Assembly (NCBI RefSeq): GCF_009834535.1
Contig: NC_045697.1
Coordinates: 83,206,001 to 83,270,000, forward strand
Direction: 5' to 3'
Length of the DNA: 64,000 nucleotides
From: Camelus ferus
Taxonomy: Eukaryota
Shown here: piece by piece, positions 25,881 to 38,666 of the stretch
Layout of the letters: the number at the start of each line of letters is the position of its first letter
Position numbering within the stretch: the stretch's first letter is position 1
Position numbers and translations under genes: made by a program
Notes under the pieces: model-generated
Seen by the model: the letters and a program-made list of their open reading frames with translations, nothing else
Database searches by the model: none
What the model was told of the DNA's origin: nothing

Positions 25881-26189
25881 AAATTTTTCTAATTTTTTAT
25901 TTTTTCACCAGGCACTTTAAAAATTCTGTCACCGTCTTAAAGCTTTTATTCTCTTAGTTAAAATACATATAGTACGAGTTTGCACTCACCCACTACAGAT
26001 CTTTATTTTATTAATTAGTTCACTTCCACAAAGAGATGATGTTCCAGTCTTTGGGGATCTATAACAGTCCTTTTTCTAAGGGAATTTCCCTGATCTGATA
26101 TTTTTATTGTTTTGTTTTTGCTGTTACTTGTTTTAGTTTGGGTTTTGAGTTTTGGGAGCTTGGGGGTTTTGTTTTGTTTTTGCTGCAGG

Positions 26190-26488
26190 TTATATTGAAA
26201 GAGCTATAATCATTGATAAGGAGAGAAAAAACACTTTCTGTTTTCCAACACAGTTTTGAGGGCTCTGGTAAAGACCCCGTGTCTCCCCGGATGACTGAAG
26301 CAGGATGCCAGCCAGAAGACACTGAGTTGAACTAGCAGAGAACAGAGTAACCCCTACCACAGGGGAAATCTCATCAACAGAGATAAATGAGCAGACAAAA
26401 ATAGCACTGAGCAATGTGACAGCCCATGTGAGAATGACTCGTGCAGAACCTGAGCTTGCAAGCATCCTTCATTCACAGTCAATGGCAT
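26190..26488 (-). pseudogene. Relic exon: degenerate C2H2 zinc-finger pair of transposase B
   Basis: Acceptor cattcacctag|. KDACKLRFCTSHSHMGCHIAQC...FPCGRGYSVLC*FNSVSSGWH resembles C..C..F...L..H...H / CG...C...F...SG...H. Confidence 0.5.
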
Positions 26489-27917
26489 CTAGGTGAATGT
26501 AGGTTACTGAATGCTGTTATTATAGCTACACAGCAAGTTTATTCCTTGGTATGAAATGGTATATAAATAAATGTTATCTTTACCAATTTCTAAGTAAATT
26601 ATCTTTTATCATGACTACAGTGCTTACAAGTAGAGGACTAGTGCCAATATGCAAAGCAAGATAGAGGTTTTCCCTAGTTTTTGAGAAAACAAAAACAAAA
26701 GTTATTGTTGAGTGTAACAGTTTAATGGAGATCCTTCTTTTCTTCTAGACATAGGACTGATATAGATCTTCAAAGATTGGAATATCATCTCATTTTGGAA
26801 GCTAACTAACTTAAAAAGTAAAGATCTAAAATGGGTGAGTGCAAGCTCATACTATGTGTATTTTAGCTGAGAGAAAAAAAAGTTTAAAGAAGGTGACAGC
26901 AAAATTTTCTTTCCAAATTTTGCTCCAATAAGTAAAAATAAATGTTCTTTCTGGGTTTTATTAAAAATCATACATTGTTGTAGAATTATTTTCACAAGTA
27001 AGTAGATAGAGCTGATTGCTGTCCTTCTGCTTCTCAACTATCAACTCATAAGAAAATTAAAATACTGGCTAAGCAACCAAAGCCAGGCACAATTAGGAGC
27101 CTGGTATCAACCAGCATTTTTTCTTCATCAACTTTCACATTTTAACATAATAGTCTACTTATTTACATTGTATTTATCTCTTTTAGGATTTAATCCCCTA
27201 AAAGGCAGGTTTTCTCATTTGTATTCTTCACCAGTGTTCCTAGCTCCTCAAATAGTACCTGCCTTATCAATATTTGTTGAAGGAACATTTAAAAGAATGA
27301 GAAAATTTTGAAGACTTTCTATAAATACAGCTAGAATCATGACTGGGAGTTCTTATGTGATTTAAAGAATCTCTCTAGATTTGTTACTTTCTGACTCAAT
27401 GTTTCTAACACAGTAAAATTATTGATAATTTCAAATTGCTCCTTCTAGTGTTTGTTCTTACTTTGTCATCGGATAGCATTTGTGTTACACTCCCTAGAAA
27501 TTTTAAAGACAAAATAACAAATAAAACTCCTGGAAACAGTATTTATTGAGATGTCTGTCTCACAATAGCCAATCTTCCTCTACACTGCAGATCTTCTGTA
27601 CCTGCTAAAAAGCCAACGTCAGTATCTAGCAAAGTGCTGGATGCAGCAACATGCATCTTTCCTAAGGTTTTGAAGTCAGCCCCCTCACCTACAATGAAGC
27701 TGAAACTGTGGAGGAATCACAGAATTCATAAGTATAGGAAGAAAAGGTCACTTTCTTGTCATTGTGCATACCTACAAAATTTCATACTGCTTTAAATGTT
27801 TTTCTTCAACACATCAAAAACATATTTGTAAATAACTTGTGAGATAAATAGACTTTGATCTGAGATTAAAACCTCACAATTTTCATGGTCTGGTTTTGTA
27901 AATTTTAAAAAGTTAGG

Positions 27918-29165
27918 AATAAACTCAAAATGGCTTGAAACCTAAATATAAGACACCATAAGCCTTCTAAAAGAAAACATAGGCAAAATATTCTCTGATA
28001 GAAATCTTAGCAATGTTCTCCTAAGTCAGTCTACCAAGGCAACAGAAATAAAAGCCAAAATAAACAAATGGGACCTAATGAAGCTTATAAGCTTTTGCAC
28101 AGCAAAGGACACTACAAACAAAACAAAAAGACAACCTACAGAAAAGGAGAAAACATTTGCAAATGATGCAATTGACAACAGCTTAATTTCCAGAATACAC
28201 AAACAGCTTATACAACTCAATAACAAAAAAACAAACAACCCAATCCAAAAATGGGCAGAAGACCTAAACAGACATTTCGTCAATGAAGAAAAACAAATGG
28301 CCAATAGGCACATGAAAATAATGCTTAATATCAGACAAATGCAAATCAAAACTACAATGAGATACCACATCGCATCACTCAGATGGCCATCATTAAAATG
28401 TCCACAAACAATGAATGCTAAAGAGGGTGTGGAAAAAAAGGAACCCTCCTACACCATTGGTGGGAATGTAATTTGGTGTAGCCATGATGGAAAACAATAT
28501 GGACATTCCTTAAGAAACTGAAAATAGATTCATAATCCCATAATCCCACTCCCAAGCATTTATCTGGAAGAAATTCTAATTGGAATAGATACATGCACCC
28601 CAATATTCCTAGCAGCACTGTTTACAATAGACAAGACATAGAAGCAACCTAAATGTCCGACAGATGACTGAATAAAGAAGATATATACAGTGGACTACTA
28701 CTCAGTCATAAAAAAGAACAAATTAATGCCATGTGCAGCAACATGGATGGACCTAGAGATTGTCATACTAAGTGAAGTAAGCCAGAAAGAGAAAGAAAAA
28801 TACCATATGGCATCACTTATATGTGGAATCTAAAAAAATTAAAAAGACACAAATGAACTTTTTAAAAAACAGAAACAGACTCACAGACATAGAAAACAAA
28901 CTTATGTTTACCAGCTGGGAAAGGTGGTAGGAAGGAATAAATTGGGAGTTTGGGTTTTGTAGATACTAACTACCATATATAAATCAAACAACAAAATAGT
29001 ACTGTATAGCATAGGGAATTATATTCAATATCTTGAATGAAAACTATATTCAAAACCCTATAGTGAAAAGGAATATGAAAAGGAATATATACATATCTGA
29101 ATCACTATGCTGTACACCAGAAACAAATGCAACAGTGTAAATCGACTATACTTCAACTTTTTTAA
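27918..29165 (+). mobile_element. 5'-truncated L1 (ORF2 C-terminus and cetartiodactyl-type 3'UTR)
   Basis: ORF 28078-28521 ([42 protein letters not shown]) is L1 ORF2p C-terminal sequence with frameshifts. 3'UTR gggaattatattcaatatc...atcgactatacttcaa. Confidence 0.95.
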
Positions 29166-29569
29166 AATTAGGTAATATAAGTTAGGTGCCATCCATTTGC
29201 TTATTTGTTTAGATTCAAGGATGGCAGATAAACAAAATAACAAAATTGTTTTAAAGATAGTTGCACTGTGAAGTACTTTTATTTCTAAAAATTCTACATG
29301 TGTAATTATATTTAGTTCTAAACAACCTATACATAATTATACTTAAGGCAATTATTTTATTGAAAAATAAAGCTATGATCAACCAGGAATTGTAGAGTTT
29401 TGTATAGCATGTTTCTTTTCTTGTAAAATTAAAAAGTAAATCAATGAACAATGTAATATTAATACTAACATCTTACATGTCAAAATTTATTGACAGGAAA
29501 ATGTTTCAAATGCATATCTAATAAGCCAGGAGGCTTTATAGTCGAGGATTTTTTTTACTGTGTACACAA

Positions 29570-30080
29570 ACAAATATCATTTACTGTCCAACAATATGCT
29601 AACAGTCACTTTCTTGTAAAAATAAATCATGCAAAACACATTTTTAAATGTGATCCCTAATAGCAAAGTTTGACAAGGTGCTTGTTTTTAATCTTTCATG
29701 GGAGGTTTAAGTCCAAGCAGAAATGCTATTTACATTCAGCAGTGCAATCAATTCTATCACATTCCATTTTTCTGGAAATAGTTTCATTGAAATGTACTAG
29801 TATAAATGGGTTTCAAGATGTTTATTAAATATCTTATAAGCCTCTTGGCAGTATTAGAATATAATAATAGTTTTAAAATGTTTAAAAGCTGAGCCTACAT
29901 AACATAAAGTAAAATATTTGCAATTATGGTGAAATCTTACAGAGTTAGACACTTCATTTACATTTTCTAATAATTTAAACTCATTTCCATGATGTCTTCT
30001 TTCTTCTGGCTTTTGACCATAGTTTAATGGGAAAAAAATACATTTTAAAGCAGAGGCAATTTACACATATAGAATTCCTG
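29570..30080 (-). pseudogene. Transposase copy A, C-terminal catalytic segment
   Basis: ASALKCIFFPLNYGQKPEERRHHGNEFKLLENVNEVSNS (cf. WCL.R.LPL.IGD.VPE.D.HW..FLLL.EI), ILVHFNETISRK (cf. FMIHYP..IRK), KIKNKH (cf. RFEAKH), TFKNV (cf. NFKNI). Confidence 0.65.
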
Positions 30081-30300
30081 ACATTGTATTATGACTACAA
30101 ATTCCTGACTATGGAATTGTTAATGCAGTTATTTTAGCTCATCTGAAAAGCTAATTCAGATCACTATTATTAAAGAAGTTAAGTTAGAGGCTCTCATATA
30201 CAAAGTTAACACCTACTTTAGTAATTGAGAATTTCAATTGAACAGTTCTTAACATTTCAAGAGATCTAAAACTCATAGCACATGCCCATGCATAAAAGTA

Positions 30301-30511
30301 TTTGCTTGAGATTTATAGATACTAACTACTATATACAAAATAGATAAATAACAAGTTTATACTATATAGCACAGGGAACTATATTCAATATCTTGCAGTA
30401 ACCTATAATGAAAAAGAATATGAAAATGAATATGTGTATGTATATGTATGACTGAACTATTATGCTGTACACCAGAAATTGCCACAATACTGTACACTGA
30501 CTATACTTCAA
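30301..30511 (+). mobile_element. L1 3'UTR end fragment
   Basis: tatagcacagggaactatattcaatatcttg...gctgtacaccagaaattg...ctatacttcaat. Confidence 0.9.
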
Positions 30512-30532
30512 TAGAAACAGAAAGAGAGAAAG

Positions 30533-30563
<31 letters not shown>

Positions 30564-30580
30564 CAGAAAGACAGAAAGAC

Positions 30581-30615
<35 letters not shown>

Positions 30616-30707
30616 GAAAGAAAGAAAGGAAGGAAGGAAGGAAGAAAGGGAGAAAGAAAGAAAGAAAGAAAAAGAAAGAAGGAAAGAAAGAAAAAGAAAG
30701 AAAAAAA
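30512..30707 (+). repeat. Compound (GAAA/GACA/GGAA)n microsatellite in the L1 tail
   Basis: Seen directly. Explains ORFs 30448-30870 and 30501-30725. Confidence 0.95.
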
Positions 30708-30739
30708 GTTAGTTATTATTTCCATGACTTACGGAAGAA

Positions 30740-30818
30740 TTAATACTGAGATCCTGGGACATTGTGCTGTACACCAGAAACTGACACATTGTAATAGATG
30801 GTACTTCAATTTAAAAAC
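30740..30818 (+). mobile_element. Short L1 3' terminal fragment
   Basis: gacattgtgctgtacaccagaaactgacacattgtaa...tacttcaatttaaaaa. Confidence 0.75.
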
Positions 30819-30886
30819 AACACCGAGATTGTTTAGTATTCAAAGAATTTATATTCTAGAGTTAAAATAAGACTCATATGTTGCGT

Positions 30887-31343
30887 TATATTAGGTTCTT
30901 ATTGTTGCTATAACAAATTATTACAAACTTAGTGGCTTAACACCACATAAATGTATTTTCTTACAGTTCTGTAGGCCAGAAGTTCAAAATGAGTCTCTCA
31001 GAGCTGCCATCAAGGTGCAAGCAGGGCTGGTTCCTGCCAGAGGGTCTAGGGGAGAATCTGTTCCTTCTTCTTCCAGCTGCTTTAGCTCCCAGCCCCCTTT
31101 CATCATTACATTCAGCAATTTCATCACTCAGACCTCTGCGTCCACAACTTCTCTGACTTTCTTGCTTCCTTCTTTCCCTTAAAAGGAGCCTGGTGATGAC
31201 ACTGGGCCCACTCAAATAATCCAGGATAACCTCCCCATCTCGATGCTTAATTTAATCACACCCCAAAAGTGCTTTCACCATATAAGGTAACATAGTCCCA
31301 AATTCCCCAAGAGCTGGGGCATGGAACCATTATTCCAACTACA
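30887..31343 (-). mobile_element. MaLR LTR (MLT1C/D-like)
   Basis: ttgctataacaaattattacaaacttagtggcttaa, cttacagttctgtaggccagaagttc, gggcccactcaaataatccaggataacctccccatctc. Confidence 0.9.
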
Positions 31344-31499
31344 AATACACAAAAGGGAATTTTGTTTTAATTTTTGCCAGCAGCTTTTAAAAAAGGCTTA
31401 GTCCTTTAAATTATATTATTAACCATATGGTCATATTTTATTTGCCATCCTATCTTGATTGACTCTATATAATTTTTTCACAGTTTCCTTCTGATCATT

Positions 31500-31950
31500 T
31501 CAGTGAATATGATACAGTGAATATTATCCAATCGACAGCAGAGCTAATAGCTATTCTGAATGGATATATGATTTCTAAAATGTTCTTAATTATTTGTGTA
31601 CACCATTTTCATTAGGTTTTTATAGTAGTTTATCATTTCTGGTGAATCTTTCTCAAGAGAATAAGCCTGAATAATTCAGCAGAGATTTTTCCTTATCATT
31701 TGCAGCCAAATCACAGACTTAGCCTCCACCTCAGATACCCCCTTCCTGTCATGTGCGCCATGGCATAAAAGAAGTTGTGTTACTGTTAATCATTAAAACC
31801 TCACAAAAAAAATTCAGGTTGGTTTAGTGAGCAATTCTGTACATTGGGTAGTGATTCTTAAAGACTTTACCGAAAAAGGAAATGCAGGATCTGGAGATGC
31901 TTTCTCCAGCATGGTCACATGGTAATATAATGAACATTTTCCCACCAGAA
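31500..31950 (-). pseudogene. Transposase copy A, insertion-domain segment
   Basis: Acceptor ttattctttgcag|. LYYHVTMLEKASPDPAFPFSVK and HGAHDRKGVSEVEAKSVIWLQMIRKNL (cf. Y..H...L....GVK; D.MHD.LEGV...E.K.V...LI.K). Confidence 0.65.
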
Positions 31951-32288
31951 CTGCAAAGAATAAACTCTAAAAGAAAACCCAGTTTATTATTTCTTAAGGA
32001 GGGAAAAGAAAGTGAAATGGTTTACCACTAAGCACAGTCTTTGTAGGCAAGCCATTTAAAAGGTAGTAAGAATTTTACTGCTGTCCTTGTAAGAAATGGA
32101 ATGTGCTTCCCCTTTCACTCCCTTGACTCTAGTTCAAACATTACACATGGAAGAATTCGCAAACGACTGGCTATAAAATTAGCTTTTTATTGCTCTTCAT
32201 GGTTTGCTGGTTGGAAGACAGTAGAAGATGCTGCATATAAATACCATTGCCTTTATTAGGGAGGAAAAAGACTAGATAAGAAGCAGTC

Positions 32289-32394
32289 AGGAGGGTGGGA
32301 TATAGCTCTGTGGTACAGTGTACGCTTATCATGCACGAGGTCCTGGGTTCAATTCTCAGTACCTCCATTAAAAAAAAAAAAGAAGAAGAGGAAG
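32289..32394 (+). mobile_element. tRNA-derived SINE (camelid Vic-1 type)
   Basis: tatagctctgtggtacagtg...gtcctgggttcaattctcagtacctcca plus A/GAA tail. TSD aagaagcagtc on both sides. Confidence 0.9.
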
Positions 32395-32409
32395 AAGAAG
32401 CAGTCCTTC

Positions 32410-32770
32410 TACTTATTATTTATGTAAAGACTGTTTGAGTTATTTGGATTTCTACAATTCACATTGCTGAGGCCAAACTTGGGCCTATGGCCAAAAAATA
32501 AGAAAAAAAAATTTTTAAGTATCCAGAATAAAACTGAGAATCTATACAGATCCTTCCCAAAATTACACTGTCCTACCACCCAAACCATTATCTATAAGAG
32601 GGATAAAACTACATATAGTTTAACATCAGCAGTTCCTATGAAGGAAAATTTGATTTTTCTGTTGGCAACAAGTTCAAAATCCATTGTCCCTCAGATGAGA
32701 TTGCCAAAATATTTAAAAATTTGAGCTTTATTTAATTAATAGAAATGTTATCCAGCACAACTGGTATGTA
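32410..32770 (-). pseudogene. Transposase copy A, second-Asp region
   Basis: VVLDNISIN*IKLKFLNILAI, DFELVANRKIKFSFIGTADVKLYVVLS/LIDNGLGGRTV*FWEGS (32578-32595) and QCEL*KSK*LKQSLHK (cf. DL..LE..GI...G.L..V.GDNLG...GF.ES; CRFC). Confidence 0.6.
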
Positions 32771-33139
32771 TATGATAGAATACAAAATAATAATTGAACA
32801 AATCATAATACTCTATACTGGTCATGCCATTTCTAGAGTATTATACTTAAAACTGGACATCTCGCTTAACCCAGAGAGTATAAATAAGAAGATGAAGCTT
32901 TAGTGAAAACTCTGATGGGTTCAGAGCACTTAATCCCTTAAAAAAAAAAAAAAGTAACAAAGTTTCAACATTGCCCCTACAGGGGGTAAGTTTCTGTTCA
33001 GAACAATATTTAAACAATTAGAGGTATTCATATGGGCTACCTGGTAAGAAATAAATATAGCTATGTTACATTAATATAGCCCTAAGGGTTTCATTGTGTT
33101 TTAACACCAAGTGTTTTCTTCAACTTCTAGGACTTTGCT

Positions 33140-33640
33140 AAATGAGAGGCAAAGCAGTGATTGTTCCCATGAGATAGATAAGAAAATCGAGCTAAGAGGG
33201 ACTAAGCAATTTGTTATAAGATCATACAGCAAGTGGGAAGGCCACATCTCAAGTACTGATATCCTTATTCCAAGTCCTGTGTTCTGCACACTGGACACAG
33301 CAGCCTCCAGTGAGCGTGATGACATTATTGTATGAGTTACACGATGACAATACATGTAAGAGCACAGCATAATCTGGGACAGGGTAGTGCAGGAGAGTAA
33401 CACAGACACTGGACACAGATGACCACAATTTTACTCCCTTCCCTACCGATTACAAGCTGTTTCATCATTTGTGAGATGGTGTCAATACCACCTACTTTAC
33501 ATGGTGTTTGGAGGAGTAAATGAGTTACTATGTTACAAAATACTTTGCTGTAAAAACTCTATCCATGTTAATGAATATAAAAATCTCTTACCGTCTGGCA
33601 CATGGAAGGCACTCAAATGTTGGCTGCACTAGTTATCCCA
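33140..33640. mobile_element. MIR fragments (both orientations) and possible L2 end
   Basis: agataagaaaatcgagctaagagggactaagcaatttg; tttcatcatttgtgagatggtgtcaataccacctact; ggcacatggaaggcactcaaatgttggc. Confidence 0.6.
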
Positions 33641-33739
33641 CGTGGGAAGTGTTAGTTCAGATGATGAATTAATGTATTTGTCATGTTGTAGAAGATATGC
33701 TAGAAATGCAGGGAGTGAGAGAAGGGGAGGGGAGGTGAA

Positions 33740-34200
33740 TGTGAATAAGCAAACTCCTGAGTTCCTTTGTAAAATCCTGTGAATCACTGCTTTGTAGAGA
33801 GTCATATGGAATTCTCTCTCAAACCAAATATGTTCTTTTTCCATAAATTCACACTCCATATGTGTCTAATCTGTGCCTACCGTATAATTAACTGAGTAGC
33901 TAAATTTGCATGCTAGCATAGGCCTCAGTAGACAAGAAGCTAGTCATAGCTATAATTATACATTCATGATTTCCTGTTGTAGAAAATTCAATACCCACTA
34001 GTTTACAGGAATTTGTATAAATCTTATTTTCTTGAGTGTGGATAATGTGACCTCATGACAAAGATTTTCCTAAAATATTCAGTTTTGTATTTAATATCAT
34101 TTCCAAGTTTGCAGATTATGCATTCTACACTGGTAAAGATCAATTTTCCATATTTGCTTTGGTGTTTACAAGGAATGAAATTTATAGGAAAAGAACTGAG
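33740..34200 (-). pseudogene. Transposase copy A, start of core domain
   Basis: DIKYKTEYFRKIF, RFIQIPVN*WVLNFLQQEI and IRHIW/ECEFMEKEHIWFEREFHMTLYK (cf. TEYKR..YF..F; F.YVP....L..L...EI; D..DG.F.K.HPLF....L.L.LY). Confidence 0.6.
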
Positions 34201-34859
34201 TTTACGTATTTCACTAGTACAATCTAAACCAAGATGAATTAGATGTATTTCTTTCCTTGAGGCATTGGAGCAAAAGCAGACGATAATTTAGTCACGGTAC
34301 ATCTCTAGAGGAAATTACAATTTGTAAATATGTCATGATCTGAGAAAAGGTGGATCCACTATACATATTTTACAACTATAATACTGTCTTATGTGTGCAC
34401 AAATTTATGAACTGGATACACTGTATTCTCTGCTGGATTCATGGTCTTATCTGTATTATAATTTATTCCTTTCACTATGAACTAGAAAATGATTACACTA
34501 GGCCAAGGGAATATACCCATCTATTAAGAAATAACTCCAACAACCCATTACGATGTTGGTACCTTGAACAGTAAGTTAGAAATTTTTCAAATTGTTTTAT
34601 TATTTTGTCAAAAAAGGGAAATTAATATCTAAGTTAATGCAGAAGACAAAGATGTCTATAAATTATTGACAATGGAAGATCCCTATATAAATTCTACAAA
34701 TCTATATTATGTATGGGGGAATGTTTTTAATTTCCAATTTTTTTTTCTTTGTTTAATGGCTGATCAGAAGACGGTAGTTTCCTTGTTCCCTTATTTTTAT
34801 TTTTATTCTCAATTTTCTACTGCTTGTAACTCTGTTGATTTGCTACATACATGTATTCT

Positions 34860-35200
34860 TTTTTAACAAATGTACTGAGATATAATTTATACACAATAAA
34901 CCGGACACTTTTAAATATTTCAAGTTTGGTAAATGTGATTAATATGCATTCTTTTACTTACCACCAAACTCAAGATATTTCGGAAATTTTCCCAAAAGTT
35001 CTTTCTTCCCTTTGCTATCCATCTCTTATGCCACCCAGCCCCAGATAACAACTGTTTTACTTTGTAATTCTAGATCAATTTCCATTTTTGAGAATTCTAT
35101 GTAAACTCTTTTAACCTGGTGTGTTTCACTCAGCATGATTTTAAGATCCAGCCACAGAGTGATCATTTCCAGTACAGGACATAAATACTGCTGAGCAATC
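34860..35200 (-). mobile_element. Old L1ME 3' end
   Basis: tactgagatataatttatacacaataaa; tttcactcagcatgattttaagatcca. Confidence 0.65.
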
Positions 35201-35239
35201 AAGACCTTCTCTGTACTTCTATTTAGACACTGGCCAAGC

Positions 35240-35450
35240 AGAGTATAGTGGAGTAGTAAAAAGCATCAATTCTAATGTCAGACTTTTTGGATTGGGAACC
35301 TGGGCCCACCACTGTGGAGCTGTGTGACCTTGAGAAAGTTAGACTTCTCTGTGTTCCAGTTTCCTCACATCCAAAGTTGAGATGTGTTTGCCTCATAAGG
35401 GTTGTTATGAGTATCAAATGATTTAAGACATAAAATGCTATATTACTCAT
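35240..35450 (+). mobile_element. MIR
   Basis: gctgtgtgaccttgagaaagtt...cttctctgtgttccagtttcctcacatc...gttgttatgagtatcaaatga. Confidence 0.85.
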
Positions 35451-35514
35451 TTATATATATAATTATATTTACTTACATGTAGCCACTGGGAGGATCTGCA
35501 TCTGTGGCTTTAGG

Positions 35515-35740
35515 CATCCATCTTCCTAACCATGTAGATGGAGACTTCCTGTAGAATGAAACCAAAACAAAGATAGAATGAAAGTTTAAAGGTGGTCCCA
35601 ATATCATTGCTTGAGCCCCTGGATCCAGCTATGTCTGAATTCATACATGGACTCTGCTGTTTAGTAAGCCAATAAATTCCCTTCATTTTTGCATAAGTTA
35701 AATATTAAGCTTGCATTTGAAAGAATCTTGAGAAATACAA
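35515..35740 (+). mobile_element. MaLR LTR fragment (MLT1J-like)
   Basis: cattgcttgagcccctggatccagctatgtctgaa...gccaataaattcccttc. Confidence 0.75.
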
Positions 35741-36754
35741 TAGGTAAAGCTGATAGCAATGAGCTTACCACATAGTAAGTTGCCAGGCATGGGGCTCATG
35801 CTGTTCCTAGTTACTCTAGTACATGTAATTTTGATGAAGAGGAAACTGAAGATGATAATAAACTTTAAATGATGGGTAAGTGGTCATCTTAATGCCCAAG
35901 TAAGTGAGTTAGAAGGTATGAACTGATATTGAATTCTCATTTATTGGATCATTGCCTAGGAAGATTGAACCTCTGCTCAAAACAGAAACGGTAGTTCCAG
36001 GTGAATTGAGACCTGGGTCAATTGCCCTGAGAAAAGAAATTATCACAGGAAAATAATGCCTTTTAAAACATGTACCAAAAGGGGCTGGGGTATCAGTGAG
36101 TGCATGTTGGTGCTAGGAAATTGCAAAGATCTTTACTACCTTTAAAATTTAGCCTGGAAGAACTATAGAGTGTTATCTCACCACTGCAAAACTCTCTAAT
36201 AAATTATATTGAACCAACTTCCCATCAACCACATTTTAGCTTTATACCAAAATATTCCTAGTTATTTATGCATGAAAGAAATTAAATTGAATCCTAATAG
36301 CTTAAGTTTACAGTACATTTTTTGTTTATTATTATTTATGCTTATGCAAATTATAATTTGCTATGAAAGACATAACTATTTTCCCTTAGAAATTGTGTAT
36401 GAATATGTATACCATGTATGGGAGTGTTTATATAAACACATATACTCACATAGCAAATAATTCTTATAGCAAATAATTTTCTGATATATTCTTTTTTATT
36501 TAGTTTTCCCAAATTTTAATAAATTTACTTCTCAATTATAAAGGCAGTAAAGAAAGTTTTTCAAAGTCTAGATGCAGTAATCTCATATCCCACTATTGCA
36601 ACTATTTTTCATTTTTACATACTCCCTTATAACATTTGTGTGTGTGTGTTTTATATGGTTACCATTATGCTAAGTGCAAATTTTATGGTCAGACTTCCTT
36701 CACATAAGGTTAGAATACTGTTCTTGTTTCTACATGGACTTCATATGTCTCATT

Positions 36755-37445
36755 TTTATTTATTTTTTTAATATTCATTCATTTGTTTTATTTTTTAGGT
36801 TGCATATGTAAGTGATAACATACAGTATTTGTCACTCTCTGACTTGTGTCACTAAGCACAATCCCCTCTAGGTCCATCCATGTTGTCACAAATGGCAAAA
36901 TTTCATTCTTTTTATGGCTGAGTCGTATTCCATTGTGTATTTATATACAGCACATCTTCTTTATCCAGTCATCTGTTCATGGGACATTTAGGTTGCTTCC
37001 ATAAATTAACTATTGTAAATAATGCCACTATGAACACTAGGATGCATGTGTCTTTTCAAATTAGTGTTTTTGTTTTCTTCAGACATATGGCCAGGAGTGG
37101 AATTGCTGGATCATATGGTAGCTCTATGTTAGGTTTTTTGAGGAATCTCTATACTGTTTTCCATAGTAGCCACATCAGATTACATTCCCACCCACAGTGT
37201 ATGAGGGCTCTCTTTTCTCCACATTCTCATCAACATTTGTTATTTGTGGGTTTTTTTTGATGATAGCTATTCTGACAGGTGTGAGGTGATATCTCATTGA
37301 GGTTTTGATTTGCATTTCTCTGATGATAAATGATGTTGAGCATCTTTTCATGTGTCTGTTGGGCATCTGTATGTCTTCTCTGGAAAAATGTCTATTCAAG
37401 TCTTATACCCATTTTTTAACTGGGTTGTTTGGTTTTTTTTTTTAA
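36755..37445 (-). mobile_element. L1 ORF2 C-terminal fragment
   Basis: ORF 37175-37399 ([42 protein letters not shown]) is L1 ORF2p. Confidence 0.95.
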
Positions 37446-37799
37446 ATTTCTAAAGCATGTGATATGTGTAAAAATGATATGACAAGTTCTCAAGTACCAA
37501 TCTTTTGCTAATTCATGATAAGAAGGAAAGACAAATTCAATTAATTATCTTCAATAGAAAACAATAAAAGTATTATTTACTCCCTGGCCCTCCATAGGAA
37601 ATACAAAGATTAATTTTAATTCAAGCAATGGACATGAAGAAACTAAAAAAAAAAATATGCTATATTTTCTAGAATGACAACATTTTGAAAAATCAATTGC
37701 CATTATATTAGTATCCAATGTTCTTACTTAATTTTCAAAGCTGAAACTGAGAAATAGTCATGAATACTAATAATGAGGGACAAAAAATTTAATTAGTCT

Positions 37800-38666
37800 G
37801 GCTTTGCAGTGACAATAAGAAATGTTCTGAGTCTGCTGCATCTTATTGAATTAAGTCACATGCAAAATGTGACCAACATCAACCACTGATGATGAAATAT
37901 AAAGTGTTCAACACATCTCAACTATAAGACATATTTCAAAATATTGATGTGGCAAAAATATTTTGACATTTTGCAAATCATTGATTCTCTTTCTTATTAC
38001 TCACTCAAATGTGTAAGGCTTACATCAGTAAAGCTCATGTCACAATTCCATCAACATTATCAGACAAAAGTACTCGCTCACATAATATATTGGTAGCAGA
38101 TTGAGTGTGAAAATGTAAAATTATAGTCTTACATATTTCCTGGTGCTGGAGTGTCCCATACCTCTGAACATCATGGCAAATTCAGAACAAATATTTAAAA
38201 TTAGCAATTTTGTGAGTTGGAATTACTTGCCAATCCCCACTGCTCTATTTCACATATCCTCATTATTCTTTCATCATCTGCGCCATGGGACATGCCTGGA
38301 ATTCTAAGCCACAGAAGTTAGCAGGTTTATCATGGCCATAATTGTAAATCTGGCATTTGGAAACTAAAATGAAGGGAAGAGATTTAGCGGCAAGTAACAG
38401 AAATTGACCCCTTTATCCTGAGCTTGAAGGCAGCATATCATGCAGAAGAGAACCAGATGCAGCCACAGTGAGAAGTGACTGCTATTCATACCACATGCTA
38501 ATATTTTAAATTTCAGTGCTGTATTTTCTCAGTGCAAAGAGTCCAAACTCTTGGCCTCATGTGGAGCAATACACCTGATAGTAGAAAGAAAATCCGGAGG
38601 CAGGTGATCTGCTCCATTGCTCAGAGCACTTGCTCTGTGGGGAAGTGGTGCTCATTTTGAACTCTG
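37800..38666 (-). pseudogene. Relic segment: zinc fingers and helical domain heading transposase A
   Basis: Acceptor ttgtcttctcatccacag|. VYCST*GQEFGLFALRKY (C-x2-C with TGY>TGA), KFKILACGMNSSHF, then EICKTIILHF...LLSDNVDGIV. Confidence 0.5.

Noticed and set aside
26254..26585. Plus-strand terminal exon (FEGSGKDPVSPRMTEAGCQPEDTELN*) with AATAAA
   Set aside because: No credible open upstream exons. The opposite strand gives the zinc-finger segment that is collinear with the relic. Not fully excluded.
28078..28521. Longest ORF (147 aa) as a host gene
   Set aside because: It is a frameshifted L1 ORF2 C-terminus.
30448..30870. Lys/Glu/Arg-rich 140-aa ORF
   Set aside because: Translation of the GAAA microsatellite and L1 3'UTR.
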